NCBI GenBank assembly: GCA_028826165.1
Contig: JAPDFW010000134.1
Span: 62,001-126,000, forward strand
Length of the DNA stretch: 64,000 nt
Source of the DNA: Anaeramoeba ignava BMAN
Lineage: Eukaryota > Protista > Anaeramoebae
Direction of reading: 5' to 3'
Every line of letters starts with the position of its first letter. The stretch's first letter is position 1. Below are positions 37,906 to 51,352 of this stretch, one piece after another. The translations under genes were made by a program, and so were the position numbers. The notes below the pieces were generated by a model that saw only the letters and a list, made by a program, of their open reading frames with translations, had not been told where the DNA came from and did no database searches.

Positions 37906-40233
37906 TCATTTCATTTTCTTTCTTTTTCCAGTTCCTCTTCTTGTTCTTCCTTTTTTAGATTTTTCATCATGTAAAACAAATAAATCATTTTGAGGATCAG
38001 AATTAGAAATTTTTTCAAAAGCAAATTGTTTAGTTAAAATTTTAACTTGAAAAGAATTATCATTTTCCAAAACAGGATCATAAGAACTAAAATCAAAACC
38101 TTGATTTTCTTGAGAAATTTGAACATTTTCATTATTAACGAGTTGTAACAACGAAAGAAAATGTCTGCAAATATCAAATTTAGGCAAACCAGTAAAAATT
38201 GAATGAGAATCAATTGATTCTTTTTTCCAACCGTTTCCGTTTAAATTTGATTCAAATTTATCAAGTATTAAATTTCCATATTCATGAATATCAAAATTGG
38301 ATCGTGAATTTTGCTCCTCTAATAAAGGCGTTATTTTACTTTGCCAGTCAGCTACTCTTCTTGTTAAATCCGTTTCTTGAACATAAATTGCTGCATTTGA
38401 AAGAAAATTTTCAATGTGATCTCGGCATAAGTCCTCGTATGTTTTCACATGCACATCGTCATCGAGTGCTATTGGCTCAATTTCATGCGCAAATTTCGGT
38501 GGTTCGAAATCGTCTGGTTCGCTTCCTAAATCTATGTTCATATCCTCGTCGTCTTGATCTGGATATTCAACATCATTTTCACTGAAGTCTGAATTATCCA
38601 TAATTAAATCACCTACTAAAGCAGTCTCCATTTCGTCATGTTTTTCATCAGTAAGTGTGATTTCTTTCCCAAGCTTCTTCTTCTGCTTTTTAAAGTGAGA
38701 AAGAATATTTTGGCGCTCCTTTTGGAAAAGGGCTTCAAATTCTGGGAAATAAAGATTTTTTAAATCTTTCCGATTTTTTGGAATTTCGATTTCTTGATGA
38801 ATTCCAAAACAAGTAATCCCTTTTGTTTGCTGTGATTTTTTGATTTGATAATATTCAGACAATTTTGGTACGCGAAAGGTTTGGCCTTTTGCAAATGGTT
38901 TTGGATTTAGATCTGAGGAATCATAAGGATCTAAAAGAATCCAAGGATCTAATTGTTTTGAACCTTTCATAAATAATCCTTTTCTTGTTTTTCCGTCCAT
39001 ATCTATATCCTTATCCCTTTTGGTTTCGCTTCGTGGTTTTCTGAGAGTGCTGAGTATGTTTGTGGAAATGTTTTTGGCGACTGTTTCGATGATGTTTTCT
39101 TTGGGTTTTTCTTGATCGGTCTTGACTTCATCTTCATCAGAATCATCATCAAGAAGATCAGCTTCATCACTTTCGCTTTCTTCGTTCTTTTCCTTATTCT
39201 TCTCTTCTTGTGTTTTATTGTCTTCGTTTTGTTTTTGTTCTTCTTTGTTCTGCAAATCTTTAAACGCAGTTTTATTTTTTGGTGTTTGAAGAAATGATCT
39301 ATTTATTTTTTGATTTGTCAATGAATTTAATTCTGAACCGAATGTAAGTAAGTCTCTTTCATCTAGAAGTAATGTTCCTGTTGGATGTATTAAGCAATTT
39401 GTCATGTAATATTCGATATTTGCTTTAGATTGTTGATTTTCTGTTGATCCAAGTAAATAAATAGGAGTTCTTGAAAGTAATTTTATTTTATTTTCTGTTA
39501 TTTTTGTTTTGTTTCTTGTTCTATTTGTTGTTCTATCAGAAATACCGAGAATTTGATTAATATCAAAAGAATCTTCCAAATCAATATTTTTATCAACTAT
39601 TTTAATATTTATTTAATATTTATTTAATATTTATTTAATATTTATTTAATATTTAATATTTAATATTTATTATTTTATATTTAATATTTATTTTATATTT
39701 AATATTTATTATTTAATATTTATTTATTATTTTGGATTTTCGAAATACTTTTAAGATTATCATCTAAAACTAAAAATTGTTCTTCTTCTTCATTTTCTAA
39801 ATTCATATCTTCATCTCCATCTTCTTTATTTGAAAGATTTTTTGATTTTTGATTTTTTCTTTTTTCAGTAAGAAGATCAAGAGTTTGATAAAGTAAATTA
39901 TAAAGATATTCAACTTTTTTAGAATAAACACAAGCAGAACCTTGAATTAATAAAGCAGCTAATTAAAATTTAAATTAAAATTAAAAATAAAATAAAATAA
40001 AAATTAACCGTTAATTAACGATTTTTTTTTTTTAATTTATTATTTTATTAAAAAAAACCTTCTGCAAAATTTAAATGTGTTTTTCCTCCATCAAATGTAA
40101 ATTTAATTGATTCAAGTTCTGTTAAATATTCTTCTAATTCTTTTGCAATATCAATATTCCAATTTTCTGCTAAACCTCTAATTGGTTTTAAAAGATGTGA
40201 ATATTTTTTTTCTCTATTATCAAAATCTTCCAT
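37906..40233 (-). CDS. NCAPH2: Condensin II complex subunit H2 (kleisin-beta)
   Basis: Exons 40233-40059, 39958-39749, 39596-37906. [81 protein letters not shown]. Confidence 0.93.
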
Positions 40234-40760
40234 TTATTTTATTTTAATTTAATTTAATTAAGAATAAAAGAAAAAAAATGAAAAATTAAAAAATTGATTA
40301 AAAAATTTTTTTAATTTAAAAAACTTGAAAGAAAACATTTCAAAATTTGTTCCACTTTTTAATTTTAATTTAAATTTAATTTAAAAAAGCAAAAAAAAAA
40401 GGAAATTAAAATTTGTTCTACTTTTCTTTTGATTAATTTGAATTTTGATTTTCTTTTAATTTTGATTTTAATTTAAATTTTAATTTTGAATTTTAATTTT
40501 AATTTTAATTTTAATTTTAATTTTGATTTTGAATTTTAATTTTGATTTGATTTAAATTTTAATTTTGAATTTAATTTTAATTTTAATTTTAATTTTAATT
40601 TTAATTTTGAATTTTAATTTGATTTAATTTTAAATTTAATTTTAATTTTAATTTTAATTTTAATTTGATTTAAATTTTAAATTTTAATTTTAATTTGAAT
40701 TTTAATTTTGAATTTTAATTTTAATTTTAATTTTAATTTGAATTTTTCAATTTTGTTTGT

Positions 40761-43520
40761 TTAATCAAATTTAAAACTCCAAAGTTCATTCGAAAAAATA
40801 TTTCCAGGTTTAATTCCACCAAAAAAATAAAGAGAATCACGAACTCTTATAAAAGAAGGTGGTTGTTGAAATTGAATTTCTTCTTTTGGTACAATAGGAT
40901 AATATTTACGATCTTTATAATGAAAATAAAAGAAAAGAGTTTCATAACTTAAAGAATCATTAGAATTTTCTTGATTTTCTAAACGAGAATTTGATTTGTT
41001 TGATGATCTTGATTTATTATAAATTGATTTGCTTTTTGTTGTCAAAATTATAAAATCATTCTGGAAATTTTTCTTGTGTTTTTTGGGATAATTTTGAGGA
41101 GTTGAATGCAGATTTTTATTCCAATCAATAACTCCTTGATCTTCATCTAAATTTCCAGATAAAGAAACTCTTGCTAATTGAGCATTTGGTGCTTCTAAAT
41201 TATCAAAAGAATTTTCAAGTTTGATTTTTTCAAATTTAAGTGTTTCTAAATTTAAAATGTCAAGATTTCCTAAATCTTTATTGCGAACTATTGATCGACC
41301 TCCAAAAATGAATCCTATGTTTTCAACAGCAATTAATGATCCAAATGTTCGTCTTTCAATTGATCCTTCTGTTCGGATTTTTGTTATGTATTTATTTGTT
41401 AAATCAACCATGTCAACAATTACTGTTTCTGAATAAAAATTTGGTATTAAGAATAATTTGTTATCGTGTGCTATCATAAAATCTATTTTTTCCTTGATTT
41501 TTTCTCCAACAAGATCCAATTTTTTCCATGCTTTTGAATCTTTTTTTTAATAATTTAATTTTCAAAATAGATTTTAATTTTCAAAATAGATTTTAATTTT
41601 CAAAATGGATTTTAATTTTAATTTTAATTTTCAAAATAGATTTTAAATTTAATTTTAATTTTAATTTTAAATTTTAATTTTAATTTTAATTTTAATTTTA
41701 ATTTTAATTTTAATTTTAATTTTAATTTTAATTTTAATTTTAATTTTAATTTTAATTTTAATTTTAATTTTAATTTTAATTTTAATTTTAATTTTAATTT
41801 TAATTTTAATTTTAAATTTAATTTTAAATTTAATTTTGATTTTAATTTTAATTTTTACTTAAATTTTAATTTTAATTTTAATTTTCAAAATGGAATTTTA
41901 GATTTATTGGTTTTAAATCACCAAAAAGATAAAGTTCATCACCTAATTTTAAATTTATTAATTTATTTTTAATTTTTGAATTTAATTTTAATTTTTACTT
42001 AAATTTAATACAAAAATTTGTTTTAAAAAGTTGATTTAAAAATTGATTTAAAAGTTGGTTAAAAAATTGATTAAAAATTTGATTTAAAAATTGATTAAAA
42101 ATTGATTAAAAATTGATTAAAAAGTTGATTAAAAAATTGTTTTAAAACTTCATTGATTAAATTAAAAATTGTTTTAAAATTTGTTGAATATTATTAAAAA
42201 TTGATTAAAAATTGTTTTAATTTAATTTAAAAATTTGATTTAAAAATTTGATTTAAAAATTTGATTTAAAAAAATTTTAATTTAAAAATTGATTAAAAAA
42301 TTGATTAAAAATTGATTAAAAAGTTGTTTAAAAAATTGTTTTAAAATTGATTTAAAAGTTGATTAAAAAATTGATTTAAAAATTGATTAAAAAATTGATT
42401 AAAAATTGTTTAAAAATTGATTAAAAAGTTGTTTACTTAAATTAAAATTATAAAAATCATTTAATTCTCTGTTTTTATTATCAAAACCACTATAAATATA
42501 AATAGAATTTGAATAGAAGAAAATAAACGCATTTGTTCTTGGAGAAGGACCTTGACCTTTTGTTTCAACTTTTATAAATTCTATTTTGAAATATTGAAAT
42601 AAATTGAAATAAATTAAAATAAAATTAATTAAAATGAAATTAATTGAAATAAAATTAATTAAAATGAAATTAATTGAAATAAATTTAATTAAATTACCTC
42701 CTGGTAATGGTTTTGTCTTTTGTTTTTAAATTGTTGTTTCATTTTGTTTTTAAATTGTTGTTTCATTTTGTTTTAAAAAGATAATTTTTTTGTTCAAAAA
42801 TTTGAATTTAAAAAAAAATCCAATAAAAATAAAGCAAATAAATAAATACATAAGAAAGAAATTGTAAGAAAATTTCGCTTGATGAAATTTCTTTTAAAGA
42901 AGTAATTGATTTAATATAAGTATCAAGTTGTTCTGTTCTTGATTCAATAATTTCTGTTTTCATTTTTCCAAGTAATTTTTTTTTTGGAAGTTGAAGATTT
43001 GGAGCTTCTTTTGGAAAAGCTTTTTCAAGCTAACAAAAGAAGAATTTATTTAAATTAATATTTAAATTTAATGTTTAAATTAATATTTAAATTAATATTT
43101 AAATTTAATATTTAAATCTATGTTTAATTTAATATTAAAATCTATGTTAAATTTAATGTTGAATTTAATGTTTAATTTAATGTTTAATTTAATGTTTAAT
43201 TTAATGTTTAATTTAATATATAAATTAATATTTAATTTTAATGTTTAATTTAATATTTAAATCTATATTTAAATTTAATGTTGAATTTAATGTTGAAATT
43301 AATGTTTAATTTTATATTTAAATTAATATTTAATTTAATATTTAAATTAATATTTAAATTAATATTTAATTTAATATTTAAATCTATGTTGAATTTAATG
43401 TTTAAAAATGATTTTTAAATTAAAATTTTTACTGCTTTTTTACTGAATATTTTTCCATGAAATTTCGAAATTCAGAATATCTTTCCATGAAATCCATCTT
43501 TGTTTTTCCATTCATTTTTA
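40761..43520 (-). CDS. PX domain + Kelch-repeat protein; 5' end uncertain, first exon appears indel-damaged
   Basis: PX exon ~43520-43433 (RYSEFRN). Exon 43029-42850 reads LEKAFPKEAPNLQLPKKKLLGKMKTEIIESRTEQLDTYI..FLQFLSY. A 19-nt exon 42716-42698, exon 42580-42437 (GQGPSPRTN..IYIYSG) and exon 41539-40761 (FIFGG, LYFFGG) follow. Splice phases 0/0/1/1 are compatible. Confidence 0.7.
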
Positions 43521-43720
43521 AAGCAAAAATGAAAAAGAAGAAAAATGAAAAATTTTAATAAAAATTTTATTTTTATTCTTTTTTAACATTTAAATCAAGT
43601 ATTTATTTCTCATTATAAAAACTTTTATCATTCATTTTTAAAAAGCTTAAAAAAAATGAAAAAAAAGAAAAATGAAAAATAAAAATAAAAATTTTATTTA
43701 AAATTTTAAAATTTTTAAAA

Positions 43721-45678
43721 TTAAAAATCAAATTTTTGAAAGCGTTCTTCATTATAAAAACTTTTAAAATTTTCTCCAAACATTCTTAAATTTAAAATTT
43801 CAAAATCAAAAATTAAAATTAAAATTAAAATTAAAATTAAAATTTAAATTAAAATTAAAATTAAAATTAAAATTAAAATTAAAATTTAAAATTAATATTA
43901 AATTTAAAATTTAAAATTAAAATTAAAATTAAAATTAAAATTTAAAATTAAAATTAAAATTAAAATTAAAATTAAAAATTAAAATTTATTAAAAATAAAA
44001 TTAATATTAAAAATTAAAATTAAAATTAAAATTAAAATTAAAATTAAAATTAAAATTAAAATTAAAATTAAAATTAAAATTAAAATTGAAATTAAAATTA
44101 AAATTAAAATTAAAATTAAAATTAAAATTAAAATTAAAAATTTAAATTAAAATTAAAATTAAAATTAAAATTCATTTATAAAATTAAAATTAAAATTAAA
44201 ATTAAATTTAAAATTTATTTTTACCTTTAATTGAAGATTGTAAATCAGAAAATTTAACAAAAACTCTAACAGCTTCATTTCCTGGAACACTTTCATCAAT
44301 AACTTCAAAAACAAAACAACTTTCAACATTTCCAAAACGAGTACATTCTTCTTGAACTTCAGTTGTTAAATCATTATCAACTTCACCTTTTCCAACAAGA
44401 TTCTAAAAATCAAGATTTAATTAAATTCAAATTGAAAATTAAATTCAAACTCAATTAAATTCAAATTCAAATTGAAAATTAAATTCAAATTCAAGATTTA
44501 AATTGAAAATTCAAATTGAAAATTAAAATCAAATTCAAATTCAAATTGAAAATTCAAATTGAAAATTAAATTCAAATTCAAATTGAAAATTCAAATTGAA
44601 AATTAAATTCAATTCAAATTTTAAATTAAATTCAAAATTCAAGATTTAAATTGAAAATCAAATTCAAAAATTAAATTCAAATTCAAATTGAAAATTAAAT
44701 TTAAATCAAAATTCAATTAAATTCAAAATTCAATTAAAATTACAAGTAATAATATAACTAGAGTAGGAACTTCTAGTTTATCAAGATCTTTTTGTTCTTC
44801 TTTTACTTCATTTTCTAAATTTTCTAAATTATCTAAATTATCTAAATTATCTAAATTTTCAACATTTTCTAAATTTTCTAAATTTTCAACATTTTTCATA
44901 TTTTTTAAATTTTCTAAATTTTTGGATTTTTGAGTATCTTTTCGCTCAATTCTAGCAAGCTCTTTTTTCTCATCATGAGCCATATTCTCAATAGTTTGAT
45001 TTTTAGTCCAAGTTGATTTTTTTGTATTCAAACTATAAACAACTCCATCTTCATTACGACCTAAACCTTTACCAGGTTTCCAACCAAATTTTTGAAGAAC
45101 ATTCTTCGCAAAATTTTTATCTGAACCTTTTCTACTTTGATCATCTTGTTCTTCTTTAAAATTCATTTCAGAATTTAATTTTTCTGTTTTAAAATTAAAT
45201 TTTCAATTGAAAAATCAATTTAGTTATTGTTTTTTGTATTTTTATTTCCCATTCAAATTCCACACAAACGTCTTTCAAATGAAACAGATCCTTCACGAAA
45301 TTGTCTGGTTCGTTCCGCACAAGATTTATCATAGTCATTTGGAAGCCATGGATCGTATTCATCAGCGAAATTTTGATCCAAAAAATCATCATCTTCATAA
45401 ATAACTTCAATGGAATTTTTTTCCTGTTCATTTTCTTGATTGAATGGATTCAAAACTTCTCTTTCTGTCCTGGATATTTGAGTTGGTAAGAAATTCTTGA
45501 TTTGTTTAATCTTCGTAGTTTTTGGTTGTGTCTTCTGGTATGTTAACTGTGTTGGTACAATGCTAATATGTTTTTTTTCTTCTTTTTTTTCTAATAATTT
45601 TTTTGCAATTTCTTCATCTGTAAGTTCTGTAATTATTCCTGAATCTGGATCTGGAATATCATCATAAAGACCTGACAT
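43721..45678 (-). CDS. RBM17: Splicing factor 45 (SPF45/RBM17): SF45 motif, G-patch, UHM/RRM; last exon damaged
   Basis: Starts MSGLYDDIP; DEYDPWLPNDY; G-patch LQKFGWKPGKGLGRNEDG; UHM LLNLVGKGEVDNDLTTEVQEECTRFGNV..EAVRVFVKF. Exons 45678-45270, 45183-44744, 44402-44225 and ~43800-43721 (LNLRMFG..FYNEERF), the last lacking a clean acceptor. Confidence 0.85.
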
Positions 45679-45800
45679 TATAAAAAAATAAAACAAAATA
45701 AATGAAAATAAAACAAAAAAAATGAAAAAAATGAAAAAAAATTTTTGATTTTTTTTTATTACAAAATTTTTAATTAAAAAAAAAAGCAAAAAAAAATTTT

Positions 45801-46474
45801 TTAATCGCGAAAAAGTATTCTTTCAATTTTATTTGGAGTTTTAGTAAAATAACTATGACTTAAACTTCTTTGTTCTGTTTTTGGTGTTTTATTCTTTTCT
45901 CTTAAAATAGAACCAAATTGTTGAGAACAAGTTGGTTTTTTTCTAATCAAATAAATAAAAAATAATCAAAAATAATTTAATTAAATAAAAAAAAAAGTGG
46001 AACAAAATTTTTTTTAATTAAATATAAATTTTCAATTTACCTTTCAGCAGGTGTTTTATTAAAGAATTGAGTTTTTTGATTTCGATTTTGAGGTTTTTCT
46101 AAATAAGTTATTACATTCCACATCATTTTTTTTCGATTTTCTTCATTTAATAAATTTTCATTTTTTTCATAATTTTCTTTTGATTTTGAAAAATAAAAAG
46201 AATAAGTTCGATTTTCTTTATCTTTTTCTTTATCTTTTTCTTTATTTTTAAAAGTTGGAGTTTTTGAACGTTGAATTGATTTTTTTCTATCTGATTTTTT
46301 AGATGAAATTATTCTAACTGGAGGTTCATAAATTGAGTTTCTTTTTTTATTTGAATTTTGAATAGATTTAAATGCACTTCTTCTATTACTATTATTACTA
46401 TTATTATTATTATTTTGTTGTTTTTGAGTTTTTTTAAAAGAATGAATTGGAGTTTTTAATAAAGAATAATTCAT
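45801..46474 (-). CDS. Small basic disordered hypothetical protein with several KTP motifs, 2 exons
   Basis: Exons 46474-46041 and 45942-45801 (phase 2). Ends TKTPNKIERILFRD*. Confidence 0.6.
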
Positions 46475-46587
46475 TTTGTTTTAAAAGAAAAATAAAAAAT
46501 GGAAAAGAAAATTGATTTTTATTTTTATTTTCAACGAATAAATTTTTCATTTCATTTTTATTTTTATTTTAACGGTTTTTTTTAGTT

Positions 46588-47763
46588 TTATTTTCTTCTT
46601 CTAATTTCTAATTTAATTTTATTAATTTCTTTTTCTTTTTTTTCTAATTCATTTTCAAATTGTTCTTTTTGTTTTATTTGAGTTATTTTTCTTAAATTAG
46701 AAGAAGGATATTTTCTTAATTTTGAATCAATCATTTCTTTTTGTTCGTTTAATTTATCTAAATTTTGAAGTAATTCTTTCATTGTTTTATTTTTAAAATT
46801 TTCTTCATTTGTTTTTTTTTGAGGATTTTCTTCAATTTTCTTTTTCTTCATTTCTTTTTCTTGTTGATTTTTTGTTAAAATTTTTTTTGTTCCACTTTTT
46901 GGATTTTTTTGAAAATTTTTTGGAATATTTTTTTTGGGATTTTTTTGATTATTTAATTTAACTTGATTTTGAGAATTTTTGTTAGATTTTTGTGAATAAT
47001 TATTTTTTTGATTTGATATTTGGTTTTTTTGAAATTTATTTCCATTTTGAGTTTGAATTTTTTCTTTTTGTTTTTGAATTTGATTTTTATTTATCAATTT
47101 TTTTTTCAAATTTTCAATTAAATTCTTTTGGTTTTGATTTAAATTTTGGAGTTTTTGAATTTTTAACTCTTGATTTTTAAATTGATTTTTTATTGTTTCA
47201 TTTTCTTTTTGTTGTTTTTTGATTAATTGATTTAATTTTTGAATTTCTTGTTGAAAATTTTTGATTTTTTCTTGATAAGATTTTTCTTTTTGTTTGAAAA
47301 CTTCCATTTTATTTTCTTCATATAATTTTATTCTTGAATTATTTTGAATTGATTTAATTGATTTGAATTGAATTAGAAGATTCATTTTTTAATAATTTTT
47401 TTTGAGGAATTTTTTTCTTTTTTTTTTTTTAATTAAAAAAAAAGTGGAATAAAAAAAAATAAATGGAATTTTAATTATTTTAAAAAGTTTTAATTAAAAT
47501 TTTACTTGAAAATTTTGATTTCTTGAATTATTTTGAATTGATTTAATTGATTGAATTTCTTTTTTTGGATTTTGAAAATTATTTAAAAAAACCTTTTTTA
47601 AATTAAAAAACAAAACAAAAAAATTAAATTTTATTTTAAAAAAATTTTTAATTTAAAAATTACAAACCCAATTAAAAGAACTTTTTAATTCAATTTCTTT
47701 TTGATTTCTATTTGAAATTAAAGGAATAAAAGAAAAAGATTGATTCAAAATAAAATTTTCCAT
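46588..47763 (-). CDS. Coiled-coil protein; C-terminus resembles the enkurin/MPHOSPH9-type terminal helical motif; 5' exon structure uncertain
   Basis: ORF 47385-46588 plus probable upstream exons from ATG 47763 (MENFILNQ...). C-terminus LNEQKEMIDSKLRKYP...KQKEQFENELEKKEKEINKIKLEIR. Confidence 0.45.
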
Positions 47764-48117
47764 TTTTTTTTAATAAAAGAAAAATGAAAATTAAAAAAAC
47801 AAAAACATTTTTTTAAATTTGAAATTTAAATTTTGACTTTAAAATTTTATTTTTTTTAAAAGAAAAGAAAATTAAAAATTTTTAAATGGGAAAAATTTTT
47901 ATTGAAACTTTTTGGGAAAAATTTTTTTTGCTTTTTCTGTTTTTATTTTTGTTTTAAAGAAAAAAAAATTTAATTAGAATATCAAAAAAAAAATGAATGG
48001 AAAACTCTAGAATTAAAAGTTATTCTTTTGTTTGTAAATTGAAAAAAAAGAAATTAAAAAGTAATTAAGTTGAATTTGTTAAAAAAAAAAAAGGATTAAG
48101 AAAATCAAAACGAACTT

Positions 48118-50997
48118 TTATTTGATTCCAATTTTTCCTCGAATTTTTCCTATTAAAAATTTAAAAAAAGAAAAAAAGATTATTATTTTAAATTATTATT
48201 TAAATTATTATTTTAAATTATTATTTTAAATTATTATTTTAAATTATTATTTAAATTATTATTTTAAATTATTATTTTAAATTATTATTTAAATTATTAT
48301 TTAAATTATTATTTTAAATTATTATTTTAAATTATTATTTAAATTATTATTTTAAATTATTATTTTAAATTATTATTTTAAATTATTATTTTAAATTATT
48401 ATTTTAAATTATTATTTTAAATTATTATTTTAAATTATTATTTAAATTATTATTTTAAATTATTATTTAAATTATTATTTTAAATTATTTTAAATTTAAA
48501 CCTTTTGATGGTGTAACTTTCTTAGGTTTATTTGTTCCTAAAGAAAGATCAACAAAATCATCAATTCCAGTCCATAAAGTCTTTTTTTCTTGAGATTTTG
48601 TTTCTTTTTGATTTTTAACTGCTTTTTTTGATTTTAATTGATTTGAGTTTGATTGAATATTTGGAAATTCATTCATTTCTGGAAATGCAACATCTTGAAG
48701 ATTAACAGGTTTTTGAGGAGATAGAATTGTTGGTTCTGTTGGATATGAAACAAATTCAGTGAATCCAGTATCATTTTGATTTGGATCATTTGGAAATTGA
48801 ATTTGATTTGGATTTTGATTTGGATTTTGAATTGGAAATTGAATTTGATTTGGATTTTGATTTGGAAATTGAATTTGATTTGGATTTTGATTTGGAAATT
48901 GAATTTGATTTGGATCATTTGGAAATTGGATTTGATTTGGATCTGGAAATTCAATTGGATTTCCATCTGGGAATTGATTTTGATTTTGATTTTGATTTTC
49001 ATTTTCATTTAATTCTTCATTTTCCATTGTTTTTTCATTCGAATTAAATTCAAAATCAATCAAACTTTTTTCCGGTTTTGTTTTTTTTGTTGTTGTTATT
49101 TTTTTCGGTTTTTGGATTGTTTCTTTTTTTTTATTGGTTCGTTCTTTTTTTGGTGGATCTGCTTTTGCTCTGTTAACAATGATTTTAAATTTGTTTTTTA
49201 TTGGAAATTCTTTTTTCTTGATGTGAATATGTTTTGGTTCTTGTTCTGGTTCTGATTGTGATTGTGATTGTGATTGTGATTCTTGTTCTTGTTCTTGTTC
49301 TGATTCTGATTCTGATTCTTGTTCTTGTTCTGATTCTGAATCACTTTTTGGATATTCTTCTCTGATTTTTTTTAATTTAAATTTTAATTTTAATTTTAAA
49401 TTTTAATTTTAATTTTTATTTTATAAATGAATTTTAATTTTTATACCTTTTAATATGAGCTTTTTTTCGAGGTTTTGTTGAATGAGATAAATTTTGAACT
49501 TTTTAAAAAAAAAATTAATAAAAACAAAAATAAATTTTATTTTGATTTCTGAAAAAAAAAATAATCTTGAATTACATTTATGAATATCATCAGAAGAAAA
49601 ACCAATATATTTATTCTTATTTTTTCTTGCTGTTATTCTTTCTTTTTTAAGAACATTAAGATCACTAATAAGAGGTAATAATTTTTTACTTTTTTCTCTG
49701 ACTAAAAAAAATTTAATAAATAAAAAGTCAACAAAATGTTTTTTGAAAATAATTTATCAAAAATTTTACCATTAATTCCTTGATCTTTTCTATTCTCAAA
49801 ATATTTGAATGATGCTAATTGTTTAATAGCAAATTTATTTCTTCTAATTTCATCAACTGCTCTTTTACTTCCATTTTTTAAAAGATGTTCAATTACAAGA
49901 AGAGTCTAATTGATTTATAAATTTAGATTTTGTTTTTTTAAAGTTTTGTTAATTTGAAAAATTTCCCTTTTTTTTTGTTTTTATAAAAAGAGAAATATTG
50001 AACTTGTTTTTTTTACTTTATAAACTATTTTCCAATGTTCTTCTCCTAATCTATCCCAAATTGTTGCTAAAACTTGATCACATTCAGTACTATTTTCAAT
50101 TTAATTTTAATTTATTTCAAATTAATTATTTCAATTTTAATTTATTTTCATTTTAATTTTAAATTAATTTTATTTCAATTTATTTCCAATTTAATTTTAA
50201 TTTTAATTTTTATTTCCAATTTAATTTTATTTTATTTCAATTTTAATTTAATTTCAATCTAAATTCAATTTAATTTTATTTCATTTCAATCTAAATTCAA
50301 TTTAATTTCAATTTAATTTCAATTTAATTTTAAATTTATTTCAAATTAATTATTTCAATTTAATTTATTTTCAATTTATTTTAATTTATTTAATTTCATT
50401 TCAAATTAATTTCAAATTATTTTTATTTCATTTCAAATTATTTTTATTTCCAATTTAATTTATTTTTATTTCCAATCTAAATTCAATTTAATTTCAATTT
50501 AATTTCAATTTCAATTTAATTTCCAATTAATTTTCAATTAATTTATTTTCATTTTATTTCAAATTAATTAAATTTATTTCAAATTAATTATTTCAATTTA
50601 AATTTAATTTCAAATTATTTATTTCCAATTTATTTTTATTTCAATTTAATTTCAATTTAATTTCAATTTATTTAATTTCAATTTATTTAATTTCAATTTA
50701 ATTTCAATTTATTTAATTTCAATTTAATTTCAAATTAATTTCATTTCAATTTGATTTTATTAGTTGAATTTGATTAACACACGAATCATAAGTATATTTT
50801 GAAATTTCTGCAAGAAGTGTTGATGAAGGGCCTGATTGATCTTTGTTTGTTGCATCTCGAACTTTAATTTCACATTCTTCATATTGAAGAACAAAATTTT
50901 TTCTGTTTATTTTTTTTTTATTTTTTTTTAATTGAAATTTTTTAAATTGAATTGAGAATGGAAATCTTTTATAAATTTACATTTTTGCCCAACTCAT
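48118..50997 (-). CDS. ENTH-domain protein (epsin/epsinR-like)
   Basis: Exons 50997-50981, 50902-50783, 50089-50017, 49905-49770, 49701-49576, 49498-49447, 49361-48502 (or stop at 48485), and probably 48149-48118. KVRDATNKDQSGPSSTLLAEI, IWDRL..HWKIVYKTLLVIEHLLKNGS, DQGINVREKS, ERITARKNKNKYIG. Confidence 0.88.
48178..48490. repeat. (TTATTATTTTAAA)n 12-13-mer tract, probably the last ENTH intron
   Basis: Clean tandem repeat within a candidate minus-strand intron, GT(48501)..AG(48150). Confidence 0.75.
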
Positions 50998-51352
50998 TTT
51001 ATTTAAAATGAAAAAAGGAAAAAGAAATAAAATTGAAAAATGAAAAAAAAATGAAAAATGAAAAAAGAAAAAAATGAAAAAAAAATTTTTCTTCTTTTTT
51101 TATTTTTTTAATTTTAAATTTTTTTGTTTATTTGAAAGGAGAAAAAAAATAAAAACAAAATAAAACTAAGAATTAAAAACAACAAATAAATTTTTTAACC
51201 ATCTTATTCATTTTAATTTAAAAAAATTGATCAATAAAAAATAAATAAAAAATTTCAATTAAAAATTTTTTTTTTGTCAATTTTTTTTTTTCATTTTTTT
51301 CTTTTTCATTTTTTTTTCCTTTTTTCAATTTTATCTTTTTATTTTTTTTTTG

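Noticed and set aside
42698-42766. Independent start (MKQQFKNK, 24-bp duplication) for the Kelch gene
   Set aside because: It is out of phase with the next exon, whereas splicing from the upstream PX exon resolves the frame.
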